NCBI GenBank assembly: GCA_964247055.1
Contig: OZ176051.1
Span: forward strand, 10,788,001-10,852,000
Length of the DNA: 64,000 nucleotides
Reading direction: 5' to 3'
From: Paragordius varius
Taxonomy: Eukaryota; Animalia; Nematomorpha
The first letter of the stretch is position 1. Each line of letters opens with the position of its first letter. The notes beneath the pieces were generated by a model. That model ran no database searches and was not told the origin of the DNA. It saw nothing but the letters and a program-made list of their open reading frames with translations. The position numbers and the translations under genes were made by a program. Of this stretch, positions 25,682 to 37,721 are shown in pieces.

Positions 25682-28600
25682 ATGAATGATAGTGAAGTTT
25701 CATGTGTTTACGGTTTTGAATTTCCAGTATTTACTTAATAATTTAATAATTAAATAACTATTAGGCTCGAGTTTTAACATCAAATGCTGTTGAAAGTGAT
25801 GATATAATATTTTATGTGGGTACACAATCATTAAAACAAAGCAACAAAGTTTAATATGTTTTTTATACGTTTTTAGGTGTATAAAATAGTTTATGACGAT
25901 GAAAACAATTTAATTAATCCGATTATATTTGATCATTCGGCTGGTGAAATATGGGATATATCAGCATCTCCTTATGATAAAAATCTAATAAATACGTGTT
26001 ATAACTATTATGATGCAAATGAAAATTGTTGTCAGAGATCTACTATATGGCAAATGGAAGGTGAATAATTTTTTAAATATTGATAGAAACATGTCTTTAA
26101 CTAATTTTAAACTTTTTAAAAGTGCTTAATGCCTATTTGAAACTTTTTTGCCAAATATTTTTAAAATCTTTAATGTATTATATTAATTATAAATGAAATG
26201 CATTTAATTATTTCAAATTTTTGGTATTATGAGCTGTTTCAATCTTGGAGATATGTTTTGAAAGAATCTTTTACGTTGAATATAAATATATAATGGTTTA
26301 GTCTAAATTCAGAAATAATATATTTTATGTATTCCTAAAAGTATCATGTAATTTAGTTTAAATAGACATTTCAATTATAGAGTCCACCACGGGGAATTCG
26401 CTTGCCAAACTCTATGATTTTAACACATATAATGGTCAAAATATTGATACCATATCGTAAATAATTTTGTTTATTATTAAAATTAAAATTTATTTTTATG
26501 TTTATACCGTTTACGCCTCAATTTTACACTTGAGTGATTCAAATTCATCAAACAGTTCGAATTAACCCTAAATTAAAGATGAAGAATCACCAAAAATCAA
26601 ATTCCTTTAAAATTAATAATAAAATCTGCTATTATTTTATATTAATGATAAGTTATATTAGATCAAAAACACATGATTTAATAGGGGATTTTGATTTGTT
26701 CAAGGGTGAATTTCAGGCGTTGTATTTGAAAATATTTACATAATATATAAATTTAGATTCACGTGGCATCCGTCTAACACTGAACGTCAATGTATATCTT
26801 GTAGCCGTGAACATTTATATATTTGGGACTTAAATTTATTGCCCGACCATAAAAACACACCCAAAGTAAAAATAATTTATTTAGACATCATTTTGCCGAA
26901 AATTAAGGATTATATTTTTAACACGGATTCAAATTGGGGTTTTCGGGGACCCCAGGTTTGTTTAAAATCAAATATTTTTTAAAATATAGAACAAATTGAA
27001 ACTATTTCAAAAGTTTGCACTTATATAACATTGATTGAAATTTAATTAAGAATCCTTTAAAAAAACTTGATGAAAAAATTTATAATAAAAATGCTATCGA
27101 AGTAATTTGATATGGAACTTTAGATGGAAACTAAATTTTTAAATATTTTGGCTTATATTAAATTTTAATAATGATAGAAGCATAAATCTAAAGTGGAATC
27201 GTTTCTTTCAGAAGTAGTTTAAAAATATCAAATTAAAAATAGTCTGGGAGTCTTTATATACCCAATTGGATCGAAGTGTGAAATTTCTTATATTGTTCTT
27301 CTCGTATTTTAGATAATTTCAACCATAAACCGAACAGACGCTCCTAATTGTCCACAATTTAAGGCAGTTTTGTGGAACTCAAATTTAGATTATCACCATA
27401 TCGCTACCTTGCATCAATCCTCCCCATTTGTTAAAGGATGGGACTTGCGAGACATGAAGTCTTGATATATTTAATACTATATACCGTTTTAAATTATACT
27501 TTAATGTTCAGTTCTTATTTATACACAAATTATTCTTTGAAATTTAATTTTATTCATTTATATACTTTAAGTAACATTTTTATTTACTAGAACAAACCAA
27601 AATTTTGACAATTTTATATATAACGTTTAGTTGTCTTTTTATGAATGATTCTTAATATGTTAAAAAAAGTATTTATTATCAAAAAGGATATATTAAACCA
27701 CTCTTAATAACTTACCATATTTGCCATTTTATTCCTCTTCATCGTGATATACCATTTAGTCAAATTCACCCCTCAAGCTTTTCATAGTTGAATATTACAT
27801 ATTCACCTTAAAACATTCCAGTTTACCATAAAAATAATTTTCTATTTTAAGCTAATTTCATTCATGCATATAAAAAATTTTTATATGATAATTTATCTCT
27901 TTTTCTTGATGTTAATTTTATATTTTAAAACTCTCACAAAATATTGGTAGGGTGAATTCGAGGTGTTTAGAGGAGAAATCGTTGTGAAAATCGTATATAT
28001 ATTTTATCATTATATAGATCAACGTATGAATTAAATCATGGTTCGATTGTAAGGAGCGGGCATTTCAATCCAAACCGTTCTCATGTGATTTCATTGTGTG
28101 GCAATGATGGAAGGATATCATTTTGGGATACTAGGAAGGCTGATACCCCTGTACTGATTATAGCTGAACATACACATTGGTAAATCAATATATACAATAT
28201 ATTAATGTAGGAGCCTTTTTCGAAAAATATAACCAGCGCTTTTTTGTGCATGTTGATTACCAATATACACTTTTCCGAAATTTTAAACTAGATTGCTTCT
28301 ATTTTTGTTAAAATAAACAGTTTCATGATATATTTGCATAAGTGTCATTAAATTATACCATTTACAGTTCAAATTCACCTTTGAATAATTCAAAATCACC
28401 CTTGAACAATTTAAATTTACCCTAAAATAATTTGTGTCTCTCCATTAAAATTACCTTTATTATTTTATATTTTTAATATTAAATTTTGTTTAAAATTAAT
28501 ATAATGCTGGAAAAATATTAAACTATGTCTTAAAAATATATTTCATATTAAGTTATATTACCCCAAAAAGACATAATTTATTTTTAGGGTGAAAATATTT

Positions 28601-31600
28601 AATCAATTAACATGCTGCTAAAAAACAAGATATAATACTTGATAATTTTAAACTATAAACGAATGTGTTTGGTTTTATAATTCAATAAATATTTACTAGG
28701 GTATGGAGCGTGCGATTTAACCCATTTCACGATCAATTAGTGCTAAGTTGTGGGAGTGATGCTCGAGTTTTACTATCTCGGGTTGCTTCAATCAGTTCAG
28801 AAACTGTTTTATCCCTTCATAATATAACTGAAAATAATGAGATGATGGGTAAAAAATTTATATTTTGAGTAAATAGATTATTTTCAAAATATTTAACCAA
28901 GTGTTAAGACAATTTATTTATTTGTTTTGTATAGCAACAGAATATGTATAAAATAATATAAATTTTGTTTTTCGGATTGTATATGTTATAAAATTGGTTT
29001 TGTCGGAAAAAATGATAAATAGGGTTGTTAGGATTTGTAAATATATATTTTTAGTGAAATGATTATATCTTAAATTAAGTTGTCATATAGCCTATTTTTT
29101 ATGTAGAAAACATTTATATTTATTATGTTTAGATGAACAAGAAAATACTAACCATTTACAACATTTAAATGGTGATGCTCTTTCATACCAAGACACAATC
29201 AATGGGTATCATTCTTAATTTGCCATAATAATAATTGAACTTTTCCCATATCAATAGTGTGGTGCACTTTAAGGCATTTTAATTTAGATTTATCACTTCA
29301 TTTTTGAAAAATATTTAAAATCGAGATTATAAAGAGCTATACTTTTAACCTTATTTTTATAGAACCTATCCTTTTGCGTTGCAGAATAAAAATATGTGAA
29401 TTGGTTATTTACCTATATTATTTCGCGATAAGGAAATTAATTTTAAAAATATGGCTGTTTTTTTAAAAAATTGTTGTACGTTTATTTTTTTATATCTAAA
29501 TAACTATGTAATGTTATTTTGTACCTCTGGGGAAATTTCCCTTCTACATTTCCTTCTCCATAGCCATATTTTAATCATTTGTATAAACGAATGCGACCGT
29601 TAAAGTCACCATATTAAGTTTAATCTCTGTGGGAGCGCTATTATCTATATATCGTTTCCGTTGTAAATTTCATCCTTTACCGATTTGTATTTGGGGGATC
29701 ATAGATACTCAAACATTGTTGTTTTTATTCGTTAGCCATTATAATATCTAATTTATAATTCGGGTGTTATAATATCGCTTACTTAACCTGATTCGATGAT
29801 GTGTTATCGGTCTAACTACCATTCCATTTGTTACATGGAGGTAACGCGTCATTATACCATGCTTAACTTTCATTCTCATGGAATGAAGTTTATTTGCTTA
29901 CCTTAATTTAACAAACACTTTTTTGAAAAAAGGAGACAATCATCGGATAACCTACAAAAGCAGCGGTTAAAATATGTCATCAAAGAAATATATCTTATTT
30001 TAGCCCCGCAATATTCTTTGAAAGTTGTACTGGATTGTAAGGTTACATATTTTGAAGCTAGCTTGCACAAAAATATATTCATGTAAAATTTTTCGTTAAA
30101 ACGTTCATAAAACATCTTTTGGGAAAAATATTTTTTAAAGCAAAATTCGCATCATGAGGATGGCGACCTAGTGATCACTCTCTCGGCTAAAGTTAGCTAA
30201 ACCATTAGTAAAGGGTGACAGGATTAAAAAATGGTATTCAGGTATACCAAGAGGCATGGTAATATGATAAAAATGGCGAAAGGAAAGGGTGAAACCCGAG
30301 ACAAGCGAAGAAATAGTTGGGAGGACATAGATAACGATAACAGAAGTTTACTCATGCAACTAACCAAATTATTTGCACAGTTTACTAAAGAAACGAAGAA
30401 TATCTTTTATGATAAGTTCAGTGAATCATATTTTAACAATTTTTATATATATAAGTAAGCGCAAGATGGATATATTAGGGTATGCGACTGCAATAAAAGG
30501 GGAAGGAATGCGAAAAAGCACATACATTAAAAAATCGAGAAAATACTATAGAGACAAAGGATTATGCGACACTTTTACACAGACAAAGCTATAGATAGAC
30601 GAATAATGGTAATTGCAGAACTAGTGCTGCAGGATCGCCATAGTATTATACGTAATTCTAATAAACTGTTTGGGATTCAGTTAAATCAAGGAAATGTAAA
30701 TTTATTTAAGGGAAAAGGTTAAATAACTGGGCTATATGTCCTACACGATAAACATTTTTATCAATTCGGTTTTATGCCAGTCAACTATACACCTATGCGT
30801 GCATTATGAGCTTGAGCGAAAAGCATAAGAAAAAAAGAGTTGCACCCAGAATTCTATCAATTACATTTATCAAATTTATTACAAATGGATATCATGTCAT
30901 TTTAGATACGACATTATACACTGATTGAATATTTTATATTTAAACAAGTATTAAATTTGTTAAGTAACAGAAATTATTATTCAACACGCATGGACTCAAA
31001 TTAAAAATAATTTTGCACGTTGAAAGGAAAATTTTTATTATATTGGAAAAGACAGTCATATAATTTAAGTAAAACGTAAACGCAGTCGCTCTAAAACCAG
31101 ATACAATAAAGTCGTAACTGGATAGATAAATGCTTTAAGCTAAAACGCCATCGACACAGTTTTACTCTAACATATTTTCTCATGAACGCGCTTTACGAGT
31201 GAACGCGTGTAATATAATAATATGTACTAAAATATTATATTCAAAAAAGGTGTCTTTAGATAAAAAACTATGGCTCCTGTGAATGAAAGATTACATTTTT
31301 TATGACAAATGTTGATTATTATTTACTATGTGTTATTTATAGTGATAATTTATACTCCTCTCCTTCTTTGAATGGCGATATAAATTTCATGAATCAAAGC
31401 GACGTTACACAATCAGTTGCAACGGTGCAACACAGCAAAAAAGATGAAATTGTAAAATGTTTTGATGATGAGCACGAGGATTCCGTTTATGCTGCGGAAT
31501 GGTCGAATACGGACCCTTGGATATTTGCTTCCCTTTCATACGATGGCCGTATTTGTGTTAATCGTGTTCCGAGAACTGAAAAATATCGTATACTTTTGTG

Positions 31601-31601
31601 A
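25682..31601 (+). CDS. EIPR1: EARP/GARP-interacting WD40 protein EIPR1 (TSSC1), 10 exons, 428 aa
   Basis: Exons 25682-25726, 25765-25848, 25877-26060, 26381-26456, 26757-26865, 27313-27458, 28018-28179, 28700-28848, 29133-29205, 31343-31601; phases are consistent. Motifs [49 protein letters not shown] and [27 protein letters not shown]...KYRILL match TSSC1. Confidence 0.93.
26507..26735. mobile_element. Degenerate CCATTTAC-family MITE in EIPR1 intron 4
   Basis: TATA|CCGTTTAC start, ATTCAAATTCA and GTTCAAGGGTGAATTT arm remnants. Confidence 0.5.
26922..27278. mobile_element. piggyBac-like (TTAA) MITE copy in EIPR1 intron 5
   Basis: TTAA|CACGGATTCAAATTGGGG ... CCCAATTGGATCGAAGTG; same family as 2589-3144. 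Confidence 0.6.
27752..27965. mobile_element. Degenerate CCATTTAC-family MITE in EIPR1 intron 6
   Basis: TATA|CCATTTAGTCAAATTCACCC start and GGGTGAATTCGAGG right remnant. Confidence 0.5.
28358..28593. mobile_element. CCATTTAC-family MITE, right arm truncated, in EIPR1 intron 7
   Basis: TATA|CCATTTACAGTTCAAATTCACC with three 21-bp units and the family core; right arm stops after TTTAGGGTGAA. Confidence 0.7.
29480..29900 (-). pseudogene. Degraded LINE APE-endonuclease fragment in EIPR1 intron 9
   Basis: The minus strand encodes GDFNGRI followed by [10 protein letters not shown], typical of RTE/CR1-type endonucleases; heavily disrupted. Confidence 0.55.
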
Positions 31602-32918
31602 AGCTAATTGTAAAAAAAAACAAATTCCAATTTAATTTTTTTGTTTTATCAATACAATAAATTATTTATGCCTATATAGTTTTTGTGGGAAAAATAATGA
31701 TCGAATTTTAGCCTCAAACTCTTTGACTATTATAATGGTAAATAACGGATTGGATATGTTTTGTAATAACAGTTGTTAAAATCTGTAATATAACGATAAA
31801 GGATAATTAAATAGAATTAAATGAAAGTATAGGCTAACCCCTAGAGTTAATTTTCAGTTTATTTTCAAATTTTCAGTTTAATTCTCATAAATTTCATTAA
31901 ATTTAATTTTAATTCGTACAACCAACTGCATTTATACCAAAAATTGCCAAGTTGGATATATAAACGAAATCGATATGTGAAAACCCCAAGTCAAATAGTT
32001 GTGTCGTACTGATAAGTGCTAACAAGCACGAAACTAGTCTGCGATTACTATTGACGAAGGGTTTCACATAATCGTTTATAATTTCTATTTATACTTTCAT
32101 TTAATTCTATTTAATTATCTTTGACTATTAGTTTAACAATTGAATACCGGGTGTACAAGGCGAATTTTTATTCCACAACACGCCCATGTGAAAAGTTTTG
32201 CGGAAGTTCATTTTTTGCAGAGCATTTAAAACTGGCATGGGCTGTTAAATCATTAAAATAATAGCCAACACAAAATGATTTAATACCGGATATTAATATA
32301 AATAGAGGTAAAACCAAAAAATAAGGAGAAATGTAAATGAAAGAAATGCAGAATATATTAATTCAATGATTTTTTAATATTGAAATATAAATCATTAGTT
32401 TCTGCCGACTATATAATCTAAAATCATATTGAAATTACGTTTGAAAAATAAATTAAATTTTGCCCAAGAATTATACGTTAACATCAGGCATATAAGCTAT
32501 ACATATATTGGTAAAATATTTTTCCAGTTAGTATTAATTGAAAAACATTTTAAATATAGAATTGAGTGAAAAGTAAGATTTATTAAAATATTTAAAAAGG
32601 TTCAATATATCCGCTATAAATCTCATAAAAACGTTTATTTTATAACGACTTATCTTTTAGGAGCCGAAACCTAGACCTTCACCAATGTCTCTTTTTTTAT
32701 TCTTTCTTTTATTTTTTCCAAGTGAATGAGATGGCTTTTTTGGCCAATAAGTAAACATTTTTATCTAGAATTATAACGTGACATTATCAATTATACATGA
32801 GCAATTTTATTACAAATGATAATACGTTAATGCTTATAAATTTGTGATAACAAACAAGTGTCGAAAAGTAAGCTACAAAAGTTTAATACAATAAAATATC
32901 TGTTTAAAAATAAAAATG

Positions 32919-33478
32919 CAGTGGCGTACCGAGCATTTTTGGCACTCAGGGCATAAAATTGTGATGCCCCCCCCCCCCTTTCACGATGAAATATATTATT
33001 CTGTTAGGAAACTATATCAAGATTATCTTAGTTCTATTGGTTATTTTATTATAAAAAATTACGTAACCTCCGTAAATCCCAAATTTTTTTAATGGACTAG
33101 TTCTTTTAAAATAACCCCAAAAATGCTAAGATTGCGCGATATAATTAAATATATACTTAATTTTGACATCAAAAAACTATTTTAAAAAAATGTTTTTAAA
33201 AATTTAATTATTAGCATATTTTATTAAGGTACTTCATACTATTTTGAGGCAGGAGGGAAAGGGTATAAAAACGCTTTTGGATTGTAAAAACACTTTTCTG
33301 ATGTTGAACATTTCTATCGCTCATTCAAAGGTTAACTTTGAAATTGATTTTTTGTTTAAAAACTTATGAATTTAAAATTTAAAGACGAACGAATATTTTT
33401 AATCTCATTTCTGAGGTGATAAAAATATTCAGCATCATAGAATTATAAAGATGCCCCCCCCCCTTTGGTTTGCCACTG
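32919..33478. mobile_element. hAT-like MITE
   Basis: Inverted termini CAGTGGCGTACC / GGTTTGCCACTG with subterminal poly-C/G tracts. No intact TSD. Confidence 0.5.
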
Positions 33479-36400
33479 AAAATTCCATATAAAAAATATG
33501 ATTAATTTTTTTAATTTTTTAAACTTCATACATTCGGCCCATAAACAATTGGCTACAAGACTGGATCCTATCTCAAAATTAATCTTACAAAAATCAATCG
33601 AATTTAAAATATAGGCACTATATGAGGTTTTTCTCAAAGATCGGTAAAATCAATTTTTTAAAAAAAAATTGTGGGTGAAGTGAATAAAAAAGGAAACCCT
33701 TTAGGTGTTTTCTATGCTCATTTCAAAAGGGTCTTATTATAATTTAAATGAAAAAAACATCTGGTTTACCCTTGAGTTTCCTAAAACAAAAACATGCCTA
33801 AAACTGATATAACTATACCTATGGAAAAATTAATGGCACTTTTAGTAGAGTAACTTAATAAACGTATTTTAGATATCCAGTTTTAAATAAATCTATAATC
33901 CACATGTAGTATTGCAGAAAAAAAGCATATAAAAAAATACGAAAACTCTGAAACTGAACACATTAGAAAAACCATTCATGAAAACCTCAATTAAAAATAT
34001 AGGTTTAAGGTAATACCGGAAACTTTATCATAAAAGATCGCATAAAATTGGAAGAAATTTTCCTAGATTATTATGACAATCTAATTCACATTTAATGATA
34101 TTAAATAATAAATAGCTTAAAGTTTGAATAATACATTTTGTCTGATGATAAAATAATAATTAATTATTATACGAATATTTGACAATCACATAAGATACTT
34201 ATTTACTTTAAATTTTTGTGCCTTGCATAAGAAATGAGATTGTTAAAAAGTTCACCTCAAAAACTTGCCCAATAGTAATTTAATGCCCGAGATCTGCAAG
34301 AAATTTTAAAAAATACTAATTTTTGTCGAAGACTCAGGGCTTCTCCTCTTCTTTCATCGAATCAGAAAGAGTATTATGAAGTTTATTGATTGATTATTCG
34401 TAGAATTTGTTTCATTATAAATGTATCTAAAAAACTTAAATTTTTATACTGTATTGATCTATATCTTTAATTCCGTGTTTGATCCTCTGCTATCGATTGC
34501 AATAAAATTTATAAATATTTAAGGATGGTATTTAGCATCCTATGAGTATATACGTAGGGTTTCCTTAATTACATTTTTTTTATTCACTTAAAAATAAGTG
34601 TTTCCTTTGTTAATTTTTAAGAGTTTCCTCAGTTTTTTGTTCACTCCAAATTAAGGAATCTCTTAAAAAAGCTTAGGAAACAGTGTTTCCTAATTTTTAT
34701 TCACTCCATCCTGGGTTTTGAGCATGTTAATCTTAATCGACCCGATAAATTGTTTGGTACCTGCGATCAGGGGCGTAGCTAGAGGGTGGAAAAGGGGGCT
34801 GATGCATCGGGCGCCATAGTTGAGGGGGCGCTGGATTTTAAATTTTTTATTTTATTTCTAAAAAATAGATATTAAATAGTTATTATTTTTAATAGTACGT
34901 AAAAAAACACCCATTTATTAGTAGCCATGACCTTCAATCTTGATCGGAATTCTCCTATAGTTTTATCAATATTTATATCTAACCAACTGTAGCTATCCTT
35001 ATTCATTATATCCTTCACTTTCGCTTCAAGCGCCTATCTTTCTTAACCTAAGCCTGTTGATATCATTCATGTACCCTACCTTGAAATATTTGTAAATAGA
35101 GTTTACCTAATATTACGCCTTCAGAAAAAAATTAACCATATACTTAAAAAAATTCTGCACAAAAGAACCCGAAACTGCGCAAAGCACCCAATATATATTT
35201 TATTTGAAATCTTTATTCATAATATTTTCGTTTAGAATTATTCTTATGCTATATTTAAACAAATAAAGTTTATTTGACGCGTTTTCATCTATTGTATTTA
35301 ATTTATATTTGACCCAATGTGCGATAAAAATGCGCTTTTTGATTTTGGCTGATTTAAAAATTTTTTATTATATAAACCGCATATATCATTTCGATATTTA
35401 TCCTGATTTTAGTTATCGAATGATATATAGTTAATTAACGTTTATTTTTTGGTCCCCATTTTTGCCGCACAGTGTTATAAGATAAAATTCCAAAATAAAT
35501 GTTTTCCGTCCCAATTTAGGACACGGTATACCTTCTACATACATTATTCCGTGCTTTTTTATATTATTTCTCCAGTATTTCATAAACTCAGTAATAGATC
35601 TATACAGATATTATACACGCACATTGATTGTTCAGTACCTGTGTTAATTATAATTATCCTATAATATCTTTATTAGAGAACTTAAATAGATTTTATAAAA
35701 AACGGATCATTCTTTTACATAAACTGTCTCATTCTAATAATTATATATGATGTTTATGTGTTTATATTTATTGTCGGCTCGCCAAATTCATTGAGATCGT
35801 GTTTTTTACCACTGAACTAAAAAATAGGGGCGTAGTAAGGGGTAGAAGGATTGTACTCATGAACTGGATGCTATAAATTTAGGGGCCCCCGAATTAGATT
35901 TTTAAAATATATATTCAGGTAATGACTCTGCACTACCAGCAATCGCAAAAAGCTACGTCATCGTATCAGCCTAATTTTATAATTTTTTATATCGCTCACT
36001 ACAAAATTTGTTGTTTTATTGTAATTTAGATGTTGCTACTTAAAATTATTTTATCCAGGATCATAGTCTTGAGCCTCAAGTTGGATGGCCATTTCCCCTT
36101 CTCTAGTGCAAAATATAATTTAAAGATTTATAATGGTTTTAATATTAATTTACCCATAAACTGGAATTTAATTAACGCGTAAACATGGTTTTAAGCACTA
36201 TATTACTTACCATAAATGATTAAGTTTATCCTCTGTTCAATTGGGAAACCTGATATCAGAAATTAGATTTATTGATATAAAAACAGTCTCCAATTTTAAT
36301 CGTTTATCGATTTATATATATAATCTGTAAAAATTTTTAGCAAAATTATGATTGTTTTATAACTAGAATCATAAAGTCTTTATATGATTTATTTTTGAAA

Positions 36401-37540
36401 TTTGGACAAAATTGCAAAAAATCATTTTCATTGAATATTGTGTTGGTCATATTGGCGCGCAGACATAAATATTTTGATGAATCTTTTCAATTACAAATTG
36501 GTTATAAGAGTTGACAAGCTTAGTGATAAGTGTTTAATACGATATTATCTAATTTGATAAAACACCTTTAATATTTTATATAGAAACGAGAAAAACAATT
36601 AAAATTTTAGCATTAAGAATTTATTATATAATATTAGTTAGGGTTGACAAAATAATAGATAAAATGTTTCAAGAGCTTATAACACTTGAAATTAAGTGAG
36701 TGTGTACCAACCAATCTTAATTGATATATGATAATTATATTTAAAAATATTTATTTATATAATTTATTTTAATTTGTTAAGAGGGGCCTAAAATAGTATA
36801 ATTATGAAATTTATATATAATAAAATTATCTATCCTATAAATTTTATTACATGTCAATCATAAAATACATTATTATCTAATAAAAAATTTTTGACAATCC
36901 AATTAGGGCTAAAACTTATATTTTTTAGATTTTTTAAAATTAAAAATTTATTCCAAGTGAAAATTCAATCATACAACCATATTTTCAAATATTTTAAGTT
37001 AATTTTGAAATATAGTAAATAAATTTTAAACAGGTAAAAAATGTTGACAATTACTCTACTATCTTTCTACAAATTAGATATTGTTTTGTTTGTTGTATTT
37101 TTTTTTAATTTATAATCTTTAAACACATCCATTTCATAACAATTACTAATCTCTGTGTAAAAACATTATAATATAAATATATAAATTTTGTATAACTGAA
37201 AATCTCCTCTATATACAAAATAATAATAAACAATATTTCCCAAGCAATAGACAATATATAAACTTAATTAGTAAAAACATCATAATTTCACCCTATTATC
37301 AAATTATCATTCCTTAGAATATCATCTCTAATGAAATTTTTATATAATATTGATTTTCATTTTCAATAAAAAATATTTTTTGTGATTTTTAGCCACAATG
37401 TCTATTTAAGTTTCATGTTTTTAAGGAAGGAAATCATCCAACGTTTAAAAATACTTTAATAATAAAATCCACTTGTAAAAAATTCTTAACCATACACATA
37501 TTTTTAAGTATATATATACTAGTCCTGGTTTTATAATCTC

Positions 37541-37590
<50 letters not shown>

Positions 37591-37721
37591 GTCTCATTCT
37601 TCGTTATTTTCTTTTATTTTGTCACTTCAACCCCATCATCATTTTATATATCGATATAAAACAATATTGATGCTTTTTTTATCAATTCATTTTAAAAATC
37701 TCTCATATAAATTTCTTATAT

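Noticed and set aside
30160-30800. Plus-strand ORFs 30231 and 30373, possible LINE remnant after an SDH-like motif
   Set aside because: Too degraded to assign; lies inside an EIPR1 intron.
34768-35966. hAT-like ends CAGGGGCGTAGC (34768) and AGGGGCGTAGT (~35826)
   Set aside because: No convincing matching right end or TSD, so boundaries are unsupported.
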